Origin: Flectonema sp. DT1601
Taxonomy: Eukaryota
Assembly (NCBI GenBank): GCA_964019425.1
Contig: OZ025792.1
Location: 930,001-994,000, forward strand
DNA: 64,000 nucleotides
Direction: 5' to 3'
A program made the translations under genes and the position numbers. Below the pieces are notes generated by a model. The model was not told where the DNA came from. It did not search any database and saw only the letters and a list, made by a program, of their open reading frames with translations. Every line of letters starts with the position of its first letter. The first letter of the stretch is position 1. Shown here piece after piece: positions 21,712 to 33,260 of the stretch.

Positions 21712-24700
21712 AAAACTCTCACTTGCAACTATTAATCAACTAAAAACATCCTTGTATCTACAACACAAGTGAGGTATAACTACGTGTCTATGTTCAAACA
21801 CGGTAGAGACTTGGAATACACAATGCATGGATCTCACAGAACAAAAACAAAACAAAAGAAGGCAGTATAGAAGAACTCTAGTCTGTTACAACAGCAAGCT
21901 AAATGAGATGCATTTATCGCCGTGTGCTAACTATCACTTAGTTGCTACAACTTCTGATAATCCTCAAACTGGAAATCCTTTGCTCCAAATAAAAGGAGCA
22001 TTACTGCTGAAGAGAATCATAAGTACATTATAATCCCAGAGACCGGTAGTGAGTTATTTTGGTTGCTAGAAATGGTCTCCGAAGATGCAATGAATTTTGC
22101 TTGAATTTTGATACACTTCGGGTGGGGGAATTGGACAACAAAGGTACGGAACCAGACAAAACCACAACCATTCTGACTGATAAAAGGCTCGACCGTCAGA
22201 TAAATTATTGAACTGCTGTTTTTTGCAGCTGTTTTTTGGGAAAGAAAAAAGAGAAAAAAAAGACTCATGCTCCTGTAACAGGAACGCCGTAAAATGCAAT
22301 CACTGTTATTTTCGGTGCCTGACGGGACATGCAAAAAATCTTGATAACTCGTAACTACAAAACAGGATTAGGTATCACAACAATGAACCCGAACATATTC
22401 TATGCCTACATTTACATACTTATTACACACGAATAAAAATAACTACCGCTCCTTCATACAAGAATTAAAACCTTAAACCTGAAAATAACACGTTTGCGGA
22501 ACTCTATCGATATTCCTTTTGTTTAACAACAGTTGGGGAAGAATAGGAGAGGCACTGCAACAAGTGACACTCTCTCACTTTAGAGAGTACAACAAATATA
22601 CAAAATAACTTGGCAACAATCGTTGTTTGTTTTTTTCTTTTACCTGCGATCGGGGGTGTGTTGCAAAAATACTTAAAAATAAAAAAAACTTTTCCTTAAA
22701 ACTATAACTTGTTGACCAGACAGCTTTCCGCGGTTGCCCAAAAGCATGCACCGACAGGCTTCGAGGGCTATCGGACTTTAGTTTATTATTCTACTCACCA
22801 TTTGCTTTAGTGGTATTTGACAATAGTACCTCCTGCTCATACCATTAGAAATGATCTACCTTGGTGTGCTGCTTGAACCTTTGCGTAGAACCACTTTATC
22901 ACCACCATGCGAAATGTTAATTTGCCGGTGTTTTTTGTTCACAATTACAAGTCCTTCGGACAGTTTTTTTTCTTTTGTTTTTATTATTTTATTCTTACGT
23001 TCACATTATTTTTTTCGAATCGACAAGAAGCAGAAATGATATTTTCCTCAGTGTTCATATAATTTATTACTATTGAGGCTGAGGAATCACCAGGATGCTC
23101 ACAGACGGGGAACACCTTAAAGCCGTCTTTTCCCTTATTGTGGCACGCCGTGGTTCTTATTTTTAACAGAAAAAAAGTAAACTTAAGGAGGTCACAACGC
23201 TTGCAAGACATGCAGAGAGAGCAACAGAAGACATTTGTACTCTTTTTTGCTACTTGTTCTTCCTTTATTATTTTTTTAAAAAAAATAAAAAAAAATAAAT
23301 AAATTACTTACTTACTTACTTACTTTTAAACTGGGGAGGGTGAAGAACAAAAAAGAAATATGATGAAAAAAAAGAACTCGCTTATAGCCTCGATTTTGAT
23401 AGAGCTTGTGATGTCTTTATTTTTCTACGGGATTTACCAATGAGTACGCATCCCTGGTCTGGACTCTACCGTGTTCGTAATATTATTACATTTTCACACA
23501 ATTAAAAAGTCATTTTTTAAGACTATTCCTTTTGTTGACACCAAACTCAAAAATAAGAATAAAAAAAATTACGGAATTCTCTCACAAACTTATATGAAAC
23601 ATTAATTTTTCATTTTTTTTTTTTCTTGGGGAAAAAAAAAAAAAAAAAAAACACAGAATTGACCACAACACAGAAACCACGTGTGTGCTTGCCAACTTCG
23701 TGATTCCTTTTGGGAGGAATATGTTGAGGCTAAGGTCGGGCTGGTCAATAATAAGCTTTTAATTTGCTAATCTCGACAGTATTTATTTAAATCAGAAGTT
23801 CGTCCTCAGATATCATTATTGCTACTAAAAGGAACCATAATGGCCAATAATCAAAAAAGAAAAGGACAAAACAAAAATACCAAAACAGTTTTGAAAAAAA
23901 AAAAAAAAAAAATCAACAAATCGATAACAATAACTCTTAGAAACTGACGCGCTGACAGCGGAGTGTTCGGGTAACAGAATTGAGTAGGTAGGTGAAATTC
24001 TGGATTTTTTTTGACGAGATCTCGACTACGATAACACACCATGGGGTTTGAACCCGTTTTTTTTTTTTTTTTTTAAAAATCATACGCAAGATCTACACCA
24101 TAGCCGCAAACCAGCAACAGCTGAGAGTATATCGTTTATTGTTTTATACTAAACGTCGAAAAAGAAAAAAAAACTATAACAAAATATTAAATGATAAAAA
24201 AAAAAGGACGTAGTTAGAAAAGTAGAGAGTTTTTCTTTTTTTTTTTTTTAATAAAAAAAAAAAGGGATAGATCATAAACCCAGATGGATGTAAGTTAATT
24301 GTCACAAAAAATGTAAAAATGTACGCATTGCCGCTGATTGACCCAAACAACCAGACAGATATATAAAGAGCACATCAGATGATTGAATACTTTGTAACAG
24401 CAGCTTTGTAAATGAATAATTCCAAGCCGAATCTGCCTTAACATTGTTAGTTTTCGTGTACTTCTGAAATAGGTTAGTTGGTGCTCGTCACTGATTTTCC
24501 CATGACCTGAGAGATCAGACTTAAGCATGGGGGCTGTTATCCATCCACTCGTAGTGTGTGTGTTGTGTGTAAACACGTACGTCTCTTACAGCAACCAATG
24601 CACTTGCATCTCTTTATCTTTACTAGCAGCGCACTCTTCCTAAGAAAAATACAAAAACAAAAAAAAAGATCTCTCTCATCGACATTTAAGGGTCAAAACT

Positions 24701-25052
24701 CTCATCGTGTCTTTCAATAATATTCTCAAAAAAGGTCAACAACGCAATCGCACTCTACATAACGAGAAAGAAAGGGGTATAAAGATAACTGCGAAAAAAA
24801 AAAAAAAAAAAAAAAAAAAGAAAGAACGGGAAAAGGAAAAACGAATGAGTTAGATTAAATATAACATCCAGCTGAGGGGACATCCTCACAAGCTGAAGAG
24901 TTCTTACTCGGGCAGTCTGAGCACTTCTAGGCTGACTATAAAACAAGGTAGTTGTAGATGCTTGTCTCCTGTTGTTGTATTGATTTGCTTTGTTTGCTTG
25001 CAATGAAGTGCTACGTACCCTTTCAAGTACATACCATGATTGCAACGAAATG

Positions 25053-26028
25053 TCATTTCGGTTCAATTGGAGAGAATGGACTCAATACAGCCGATGAAGT
25101 CTCCGTATCACCGCTGGGAGAGTTAGTTGGAGAAGAACTTTTCCCGCTGGGCAACATAACAGGAGTTTTTGGCTGCCCCAGTTGCGGACAACCGTATCTA
25201 TTTAAACGTCCGAAGTTTTCCAACGCCAGAATGAACCTGTATTGGTTATGTTTATCTCTATTTGTTTATACCATTATCACTTTGTGATACGAAAGAAACT
25301 AAACACAAAGATAGATACCCAAGGTTGGGGTTAATAATTGATCTCTTCGCCTTCACGTAGTCATAGGTACGCTCAAAAGGCCAGCAGTGATGTTGCATAA
25401 GATATGCAATAACCAGAGTAGCTGATCTGCTGATTCCCTGTTTGTGAGTTGTATGTCAACTAATAGTTATGGTTTGCCTTTAAAAGGAAATCATAAATAC
25501 CTTTCTACATTGAACCAACACCTTACCGTGATTAGTATGAGTGTTGTCTATAAAGGAAAAGGCACGTCCAAAGTGTGATTCAATATTTGCATCAGAAGAA
25601 TCATTCACTACAATAAGACAATATGGGAAACCTGGTGGTGCTGGTGAACAAGTACTCGCTTCAAGATCATCACATATTGATAAGATGTGAGTCACACCGA
25701 GAGCGTGTAGTTGATCCGCATTTTCCATATCGTCTCTAGCTCCAAGAAGAAGCCAGGGTGTTACATCTGATGCGCCATAACCACAACTTGGTGAAGGAGC
25801 TGGTGCCTTTGATATCCTACACGCAGCATTACACTGCTGCACAGGTGTATGACTCGCCTGTGCGAATCCTGTGTCTATTGTTAGTTCGCCTACTACTTTT
25901 TTATGCGCTTTTTTCATCCCATTTCTGCGACCCATCGCAACTCCAAAACTCCTCCTCACACTACATCCAATTCCACCATCACCTCCATTACTGGCAGGTG
26001 TGGCACTAGCTCCTTCCATTGTTAACAT
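25053..26028 (-). CDS. Dual-specificity protein phosphatase, 3 exons, 276 aa
   Basis: Exons 26028-25501, 25437-25319 and 25236-25053 with GT-AG introns of 63 and 82 bp. Splicing restores VLVQCRK|GISRSATLVIAYLM and INPNLG|FILALENF. The DSPc motifs VTPWLLLG and LGVTHILS are also present. Confidence 0.92.
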
Positions 26029-26630
26029 CTGTTCTCTCTGTTTGTTATTATTGCTGACTCGCGGTGGGAGGTTGCACCCGATTGGTGTTTCCTTTTAACG
26101 GTTCCCCCCCTGGTCTGTAAAAGTGAAGACTCCTAAACACACTATTATAAGCAATCACAAAGTTTTATAAAAACACTCTATGCTATTGTGACCAGAATGT
26201 GAACCACACACAAGCAATGTAATTAGGTACTAAGTCATAGAGTTGCTACTGTTGCTCTTATGCTTTTCCTGTAAAGTAATTCATTGTAAGCAGTCATTGA
26301 GTCACTACCTCTATGCTTTGTGATGTAGTTACCTGTAGAGCTTCTTTAATACTTCGTAACAGTCCTAAGTTGTTTGTTTCTTTACTTCACATAATTTTAA
26401 ATACTTAACTCAACTCTATACACAATTTATACATAAGAATAGTTTTCCTATCTTACCTGAAATAAGTTAAGAGTTTTAACTACAATAAAATAAATGCACA
26501 GAAATTAGAGTTTCATAATAAATCAATAAACTTGTATAAATAACAAATAGCAACAAAAAGGGTAAATGGAAACACACGGAACAGTTAAAATTGAATACTG
26601 ATGTAAGTGTTAAGTTAAAGAGAGTGGATA

Positions 26631-29600
26631 CTACTTTTCAAAGGGTAACATGCCTACTTGGATAGGATTCACGTCTTGAACGTCGATGAGATACCAATCT
26701 CTTCGCTTCTTCTTCTCACCTACGGATAGCTTTGATAACAGGCAGCGTACTGCTCGCTGGATGATGGGAGCAGCAAGCGCGAGATTCGCATTTCGAATAG
26801 CCGTCGGGATGCTTTGCTGCAATCGCAGGAATGCTACCCTGGCAATGAAATACCGAATTGACTTCTGAACTACAACTAAACTATCAACACTTCGTAAGAA
26901 GCAGAAGTACCTCTGCAATCGCATCTGATAAGAGTGAAGCTTCTTAAAAGATAAAAGACATCGCACAGCTCTCTGAATAATGCAAGCAGACCTTCCCTGA
27001 TGCTGTTTTTCTCGCAGTCGCTTTACCGCAAGACAGCAGCGCCAACTTCTCTGAATAACACAAACAGCGTCTTCAGTATGTCTGTGAGTAATGTACGATT
27101 CGATAAGTTTCCTTTTACGAGTCAAAGAACACTTGCTGATGAAGCAGCGTACATTTCTTTGGATTGTGATGCTCGCGTAGTATCTTTTTGCGAACCACGT
27201 TCTGGTTAGTTGTTGTGCTTTGACAAGTCTTCTGTCAAGAATATTATCGGAGTTTATAAAGCGTAAAATATATAATCGAGTTACTTTCTTTTTTACTCTG
27301 AGTTTCTTACTCGCTTGGTGCTCTCTCACTGCGCGGACTATCGTCAGTGAGCTTGCCTGTTCAATTCTCAACCTGCTGACTCCTGACGCAACCGCGGCAG
27401 AGAGTACAGCAACGAACCTAATAATCCGAAATCCTAAAACAATCCTTCTTGCTAATACCTGTCTGTACCAACACTGAATAGTAACGGTACATAAGTCAAC
27501 TCTGCTTTCAAGATCTCTAATCTTCAACAGAAGCGCTTGTTTCCTGCGCTTTTCAAAAACATATTTACACGACAACCAGAACGATCTGATTCTTGAGGCT
27601 GCCGAGTACCTGTTTCTAACAAGCTTTCTTTGTTGTATATGATGTTGTTTCCACATTGGGGAGAGTAGAAACGCGAGTTGTTGTTTGGCATTTTCAACAG
27701 CGAGGTATTTAGTAATCAAGAGTTGCATGTTGCGAAGTTCTCTCTTTGCCTTCCAAACACGCGCGACGTTTTGAATTTTTGATGCACTGAAGAACATTTG
27801 ATCCAGGTGCCTTCTAACCCTCAAACCCAACTTTTGAAAAGCAATCTGAGCTTGGGTGCACAACAGCAGTACTCCGGCACAAACTGCGACTAGGGAAAAT
27901 GCTGCTGCTTTTCTTTGTAGTCGTAGTCGCTTATTGCTACTGCTCATTACCATCTTGCCCCAACTCGCTATTGTGATTGATGCAGTTCGTAAGGTGTGAC
28001 AGTACAATCTAGAATGTAACCCGTTACCAGTTCGTTGAATCATTAGCGCAATCTGATTTCTTGTCGGAGGTGGTGGGAGCTCTTCTGTTGAGCAATCATA
28101 TCGAGAGTCTTCTTCCATCCCAGGATAAGGTATTGGATAAATAATATTCTCATATTCTTTACTAATCCACTCACCTTCTGCTTTTACAATCTGTGATAGT
28201 GTGTATGCCCACGGGCTTGCAAATTTCATTTCTCTTCGCCTCACGCTTCTAGTTGCGAAGTACCCTCGATGAGTTTTAGAGTAATACGGTGATGGGGTTC
28301 GGACTTTAAAAGGAAGATTTCGAAATCTAGGAGGAGGTGTAGTAACTCTCTTAACCTTCTTACTCTTTACATAAGAATAACTACTTCCCGCTGAGTGATT
28401 TGAACTCTGTTCCGGTGGAGGAGACGGATGAATGGAATTACTGTTTTTAAGTGAAAATGCTTCAGGAACGTGAGGATGTCTCAAAAAGTGTAAATTTGGA
28501 GATGGGATGAATACCCGCTGAGGAGTTGGGGCTGCCATGGTCGAGGGAGAGTTTACATCTGGTGAAATTGCTACACCTTGAGGGCTACACAAAACTGTTT
28601 CAGTCTGACTTGTTGAATTATCTGAAATAGCAGACGGTTCACTAAGTGGAGAACTTGGACAAACAAATTGCGACGACAATATTTGAGGTGACGACGGCGT
28701 CGGACACGATCTTTTATCTGATTGAAACTCCTTTGTAACTCCTCCTGAAGTTTTCAACGAATGATTATTCACAGACATGTTACGAGACATACTAAAGCAG
28801 CTGAAATTATTATAACTATCAGCACTCGCCTGGTGTTGGTTGGAAGCATTGGGAGGTGCTGGAGTATGTCTTAGGAACACTCTTTTATCTTTTTGAAGAA
28901 GCTTTTGAAACTTTTCAGTCATTCCATCATTAGCAACAGCCTGAGATAGACTAAGTATTTGCATGAATTCATCATAATCAATAACACCATCTCCGTCGTC
29001 ATCACACTCCTCTAAGAAAGTATTTACTGCTGCTGCGTTAAGTGTTGCACCTACAGATGATTGCAGTAGACGTTCTTTAAGAACCTTTATAGGAGCACAG
29101 AGAGTACCTGTGTCGTCTTCTACAGCGCCAAACTGTACAAATAGCTTTAAGTTCTTTGGTTCCATTGTTGGCTTCAAAGCTTCTTGAAAGTCTTCAATTT
29201 TAAATGCCTTTTCTTTTTCATAAAAATTACATTCGCACAGGTCGAGAGTGAATTCGTTTGAAAGTAATTCGCTTAGGGCAGTTCCAGAAACTTCTTCTGT
29301 TGGTCCGTCACCTCCAATTGCAAGAAATGCATCAGCAGCTTCAAGAGATTGAATATCATAACGAGAAGAGAGAAAATTACCCTTCGATCTTTTAACTAAG
29401 TTTATCAGTCCATTCATATGAAGGAAAGCAGATCCACTGTCCTGAGTATTCTTTTCAAAGGCTGACTCTACATCACCACTACTTGGTAGCTTTACCATTA
29501 GCTGAGCAAACACGTCTTCTAAATTTTCTCTTGAAAGTCCACCACATCTGTAATAGACATCAATTATTCTATCGAGTTCTCTATTTGTTAGTTCCTCAGG

Positions 29601-29633
29601 ATTGAGAGGTTGAATATTATCTTGTTGAAACAT
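26631..29633 (-). CDS. EF-hand plus multiple IQ-motif protein
   Basis: 1000 aa. EF loop ECDDDGDGVIDYDEF, Ser/Pro-rich linker, and many IQ-like motifs (IQCWYRQVLARR, IQRNVRCFISK, IQRSWRCCLAVK, IQRAVRCLLS twice). Confidence 0.8.
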   Translation of the reverse strand: MFQQDNIQPLNPEELTNRELDRIIDVYYRCGGLSRENLEDVFAQLMVKLPSSGDVESAFEKNTQDSGSAFLHMNGLINLVKRSKGNFLSSRYDIQSLEAADAFLAIGGDGPTEEVSGTALSELLSNEFTLDLCECNFYEKEKAFKIEDFQEALKPTMEPKNLKLFVQFGAVEDDTGTLCAPIKVLKERLLQSSVGATLNAAAVNTFLEECDDDGDGVIDYDEFMQILSLSQAVANDGMTEKFQKLLQKDKRVFLRHTPAPPNASNQHQASADSYNNFSCFSMSRNMSVNNHSLKTSGGVTKEFQSDKRSCPTPSSPQILSSQFVCPSSPLSEPSAISDNSTSQTETVLCSPQGVAISPDVNSPSTMAAPTPQRVFIPSPNLHFLRHPHVPEAFSLKNSNSIHPSPPPEQSSNHSAGSSYSYVKSKKVKRVTTPPPRFRNLPFKVRTPSPYYSKTHRGYFATRSVRRREMKFASPWAYTLSQIVKAEGEWISKEYENIIYPIPYPGMEEDSRYDCSTEELPPPPTRNQIALMIQRTGNGLHSRLYCHTLRTASITIASWGKMVMSSSNKRLRLQRKAAAFSLVAVCAGVLLLCTQAQIAFQKLGLRVRRHLDQMFFSASKIQNVARVWKAKRELRNMQLLITKYLAVENAKQQLAFLLSPMWKQHHIQQRKLVRNRYSAASRIRSFWLSCKYVFEKRRKQALLLKIRDLESRVDLCTVTIQCWYRQVLARRIVLGFRIIRFVAVLSAAVASGVSRLRIEQASSLTIVRAVREHQASKKLRVKKKVTRLYILRFINSDNILDRRLVKAQQLTRTWFAKRYYASITIQRNVRCFISKCSLTRKRKLIESYITHRHTEDAVCVIQRSWRCCLAVKRLREKQHQGRSACIIQRAVRCLLSFKKLHSYQMRLQRYFCFLRSVDSLVVVQKSIRYFIARVAFLRLQQSIPTAIRNANLALAAPIIQRAVRCLLSKLSVGEKKKRRDWYLIDVQDVNPIQVGMLPFEK

Positions 29634-30101
29634 TGTTAGCTGGCAGTAGAATCATTTGCTGAAAAAGAATAAAAAAGAAATTATTCTTTACAATTAAAAT
29701 AAAAAATAATGTTTCAAAGAAGGGTATAGGTGTTTAAAATCAAAAACACAACAACAAAAAAACCATTCAGATAAAAAGCCTTTATATTTTGTTTGACAGC
29801 AAACAGTACTGGAGCACGGGGAAATAGATAACATTTTGACCATAATAAATAAACGGCTCTTAATTTGAATAGTTTCTTCTCCGACCTCTGCAAAAAAAAA
29901 AAAAAAAAAAAAATCGAATGTGAAAAAGCACTGTTGCTCTCTTGAACGAGAACACATTTTTAATTCGCGGAATACGCCGTAAAACTCTTTCATTCGAATG
30001 AGTTATTTTCGCAGGTTTATCGATACCGCCACAAGAGGTTGAAAAAAAAAAAAAGAAAAAACATAAAAACTAAAACGTTTATTTTCATTATGCAATAGCT
30101 A

Positions 30102-31268
30102 CTAATAGATTGGGAATTCAACGTCTACTTCTGCCGCCCATTTTGTAAGTCCAAGTGACACGTTGAAAACGTTTTCAACACCAGCATCCAACAGAAGCTT
30201 CGTAGCATTTGCTGATGCAATTCCCCGACGACACAGAACTAGTATCGGAGTCGAAGGCTCTGGTCTGAGTGTGTCGATATCAGAAGCAACTAACTTCTTC
30301 AAAGGGATATTTATAGAACGATTCAAACGAGTCATTGCGTACTCTGTTTCACTACGAACATCAAGCAAGACATGTTGTTTACTATTATCTCGATAATCCT
30401 TTAGATCAAAGACACTAATTTCTGTACCTTGTGGAAGTGGACAAGGACCAAGATCACAAGGTTTCTTTAAGTACTCATCATAACCTACAAGAGTTGTTAT
30501 GGTTGGGGTGTCACCACAAACTGCACATTTTGAATTCCTTGGGCGATGGTTCATCGTATTGTGAGTCATTGCTAAAGCATCGAATAATAGAATCCTACCA
30601 GACATCGTAGATTGAATTCCACAAATGATCTTCTGAGCTTCAATAGCCTGAAGAGTTCCAATCATTCCTGGAACAGCACCAACGACACCTCCATCAGCAC
30701 AAGACGTTACTGCGGATGATGGAGGTGGTGATGGATAAACACATCTATAACAAGGTCCATTATCATAATGATACACAGATAGCTGTCCTTCCCATCTGAG
30801 AGCTGAACCAGATACTAATGGTTTATCAGATATAACACATGCATCATTCACAAGGTACCGAGCTGTCACATTATCAGTTGCGTCAATTATGACGTCGTAA
30901 TTCTTTACTAAATCAATTCCTGTTTCTGCAGTAAACTGTGCCTCAATTGCCTCAACAGTTATTAAAGGATTGAGTGCTAGGCATGCTATCTTAGCACTCT
31001 CAACTTTTAGTATTCCACTCCTATCTGTGGTGTGGATTATTTGTCTGTGAAGATTGCTTGTTTCAACTTTATCAAAATCAACGAAACCAATTTTACCAAC
31101 GCCTGCTCCAGCAAGGTACAGACCAGCACTGGATCCGAGACCTCCTGCTCCGATAATCAACACGGAGGAGTTAACCAACTTCTGTTGTCCTGTTGCCCCT
31201 ATCTCAGGTAAGATTACCTGCCTGCTGTACCGTCCAACTTCTTCTTTCGTCAAATCCTTGTCGGACAT
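30102..31268 (-). CDS. MOCS3: Adenylyltransferase and sulfurtransferase MOCS3/UBA4 (ThiF/MoeB + rhodanese)
   Basis: RYSRQVILPEIG, GAGGLGS, SNLHRQIIH, DATDN, PCYRCVYP, SCADGGVVG, and a C-terminal rhodanese domain with LLDVR and CRRG. Confidence 0.95.
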   Translation of the reverse strand: MSDKDLTKEEVGRYSRQVILPEIGATGQQKLVNSSVLIIGAGGLGSSAGLYLAGAGVGKIGFVDFDKVETSNLHRQIIHTTDRSGILKVESAKIACLALNPLITVEAIEAQFTAETGIDLVKNYDVIIDATDNVTARYLVNDACVISDKPLVSGSALRWEGQLSVYHYDNGPCYRCVYPSPPPSSAVTSCADGGVVGAVPGMIGTLQAIEAQKIICGIQSTMSGRILLFDALAMTHNTMNHRPRNSKCAVCGDTPTITTLVGYDEYLKKPCDLGPCPLPQGTEISVFDLKDYRDNSKQHVLLDVRSETEYAMTRLNRSINIPLKKLVASDIDTLRPEPSTPILVLCRRGIASANATKLLLDAGVENVFNVSLGLTKWAAEVDVEFPIY

Positions 31269-31512
31269 TTTAGTTTTGGTATCTGTGAAAATAAATCACA
31301 AATAAATAACCTACTTCATAATACACATTTAGAATAGAAAATAGGCATTTTGAAACACGATACGCATTCCAAGAAAAAATAAAAACATCTAGTCAGAATA
31401 ACAGCTACAAATAGAAACAAAACTCACAGGTGGTGGTTGCCTTATGGTGAATCGAATTGGGCTTAGAGAAAACAGAACTAACAATAGCAGAAGGTACCCT
31501 ACAAGATTACTA

Positions 31513-32499
31513 CTAGTACTGAAAACTAACGTCAGGACTAATAAGCAGGTTCGGAATTGAAAGGTCTTTCCCATGCGATGAATGTGTTACCGAAGGTGGA
31601 TTCGAAGTCGGACGAATATTTTCCTTAGACACATCATCCATGAAAGAATACCCACCGCTTGTAAGTGATGGAAGGATAGACGATTTGTTAACATCCAACA
31701 TCCCAACACTCGCGGTTAAAGACTTGTGACGCTGTAATGCTTGTAAGGCGTAGTCTTCTACAGCAGGAGATGTAAGATTATTTTTAACTGCTGAGATGAT
31801 ATCTCCTTCCATAGCAACTGGTCGACTTCTTTGAGGAGAAACGCAGCGCTCGGTGCCGAGTGGGTTTGCAGGTCCTCTGTCGCCATTTCGAGCGGGTACT
31901 TGAACTTCTAATGCTCGCATTGCCATTTTTAAAACTTTCTCAGGATTGCGTCGTTCATGAAAACCATTGTTGGCAGTGGCTGACATCCTCTCTTTGTGTT
32001 GGCGAATTAAAAACAGAGCCTCATCAAGCTGACGGTTACACCAGTCATTTCGAGCAGCATGACAAGCCCGTCGGATGATATCTTGGGCAATGTTGTGTTC
32101 TTGATGATCTCGTGAAGCTAAATTTTTAATAATTTCACTACATCCAGTGCTGTGTGTAGTCAATAAAGAATCACGAGCTTCACTCTCTTCTATAAAGATA
32201 CCAACACTTGATCTAACACATTCAACATACAGATCATTTAGTGATGTTAATTTCTTAACTCTTTGTCTTCCTTCTCTTTCAAGGTTTTGGAATTGCTGAA
32301 AGTCATATCTCCAGTCTCTCTCCATGAACTCCTTTTCACGACTTACAGTTGACGTCAACATTCTAATCTTTTCTTTCAGAAGTGAATCTTCTACTCTGCG
32401 CTCTGCATCTCTTAAATGACGCGGGTTCTCAAAATCAATTCCATCGTCTGATACTCGCGCACGTTCTGAAAGAAGTTCCCATGTTCGATGTTTACGCAT
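31513..32499 (-). CDS. Hypothetical protein with coiled-coil N-terminal half
   Basis: Open frame of about 330 aa. The ATG at 32499 follows ctttcacag-ca, and the in-frame ATG at 32532 is an alternative start. No family recognised. Confidence 0.6.
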   Translation of the reverse strand: MRKHRTWELLSERARVSDDGIDFENPRHLRDAERRVEDSLLKEKIRMLTSTVSREKEFMERDWRYDFQQFQNLEREGRQRVKKLTSLNDLYVECVRSSVGIFIEESEARDSLLTTHSTGCSEIIKNLASRDHQEHNIAQDIIRRACHAARNDWCNRQLDEALFLIRQHKERMSATANNGFHERRNPEKVLKMAMRALEVQVPARNGDRGPANPLGTERCVSPQRSRPVAMEGDIISAVKNNLTSPAVEDYALQALQRHKSLTASVGMLDVNKSSILPSLTSGGYSFMDDVSKENIRPTSNPPSVTHSSHGKDLSIPNLLISPDVSFQY

Positions 32500-33260
32500 T
32501 GCTGTGAAAGTAGTATAAAGTAAAATAAACATTTTCCTTTAGATGTCGATGAGAAGCTCACTTGTTGTATTTCTGGATTGAAAAAAAGATAAACCTAAAC
32601 AGAATATCACATCCTTCACCATTCTGAAACAAAGTCTTGAAGCAAGAAAGACACTAACAAACCAAACCTGGTGCACAAGAAACCGATAAATTGTCGTAAG
32701 TGATATTGAGAGAAGCTTTTTTTTTTGTTTTGTTTTTTTTGTTGTTTTTTTTCTTTTTTTATCTTCGAAGGTTTCGACTTGACGACTAGACCACACGAAT
32801 ACACTCAACGCTGGGGGAAGAAGGGGAGAAAACAACGGCAAAGGGAAAATGAAACAAAAGTCATATCCAACGTTGAGGAGTTCTTTATTATGGTCCACGA
32901 ATTCTATATTGAGTTACCAAGCAGGCATTTAGTGGTTCTCTGGTTCCAGAAATAATTTTACGGTACCTACTCTTTTTGGGTACTACTGCAGTAAACCAAT
33001 ACTGGATCAGAGTAGTCATTAAAACGATTGCTTGGAGGAAATATAAGAAGAAAAAGAAAAAAAACAGTCTTTTGACATAAGACTGTATGCACACGTTGAA
33101 AAGCTGCACACACGGAACACGACCACAAATAAAAAAAAAAACAGAGGAATACACCTACTTGTTGAGGAATCATATTCCCGCTGTAATGTAACATTCTTTT
33201 TACTTCAACAGTTAAGTAAAGTAACATCGTATCGAAGTAACCTTATCTCAGACTCATCTA

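Noticed and set aside
24040..24060. GGTTCAAACCC on the minus strand, resembling a tRNA T-loop/B box
   Set aside because: It is preceded by a poly-A run, with no D arm, anticodon arm or acceptor stem.
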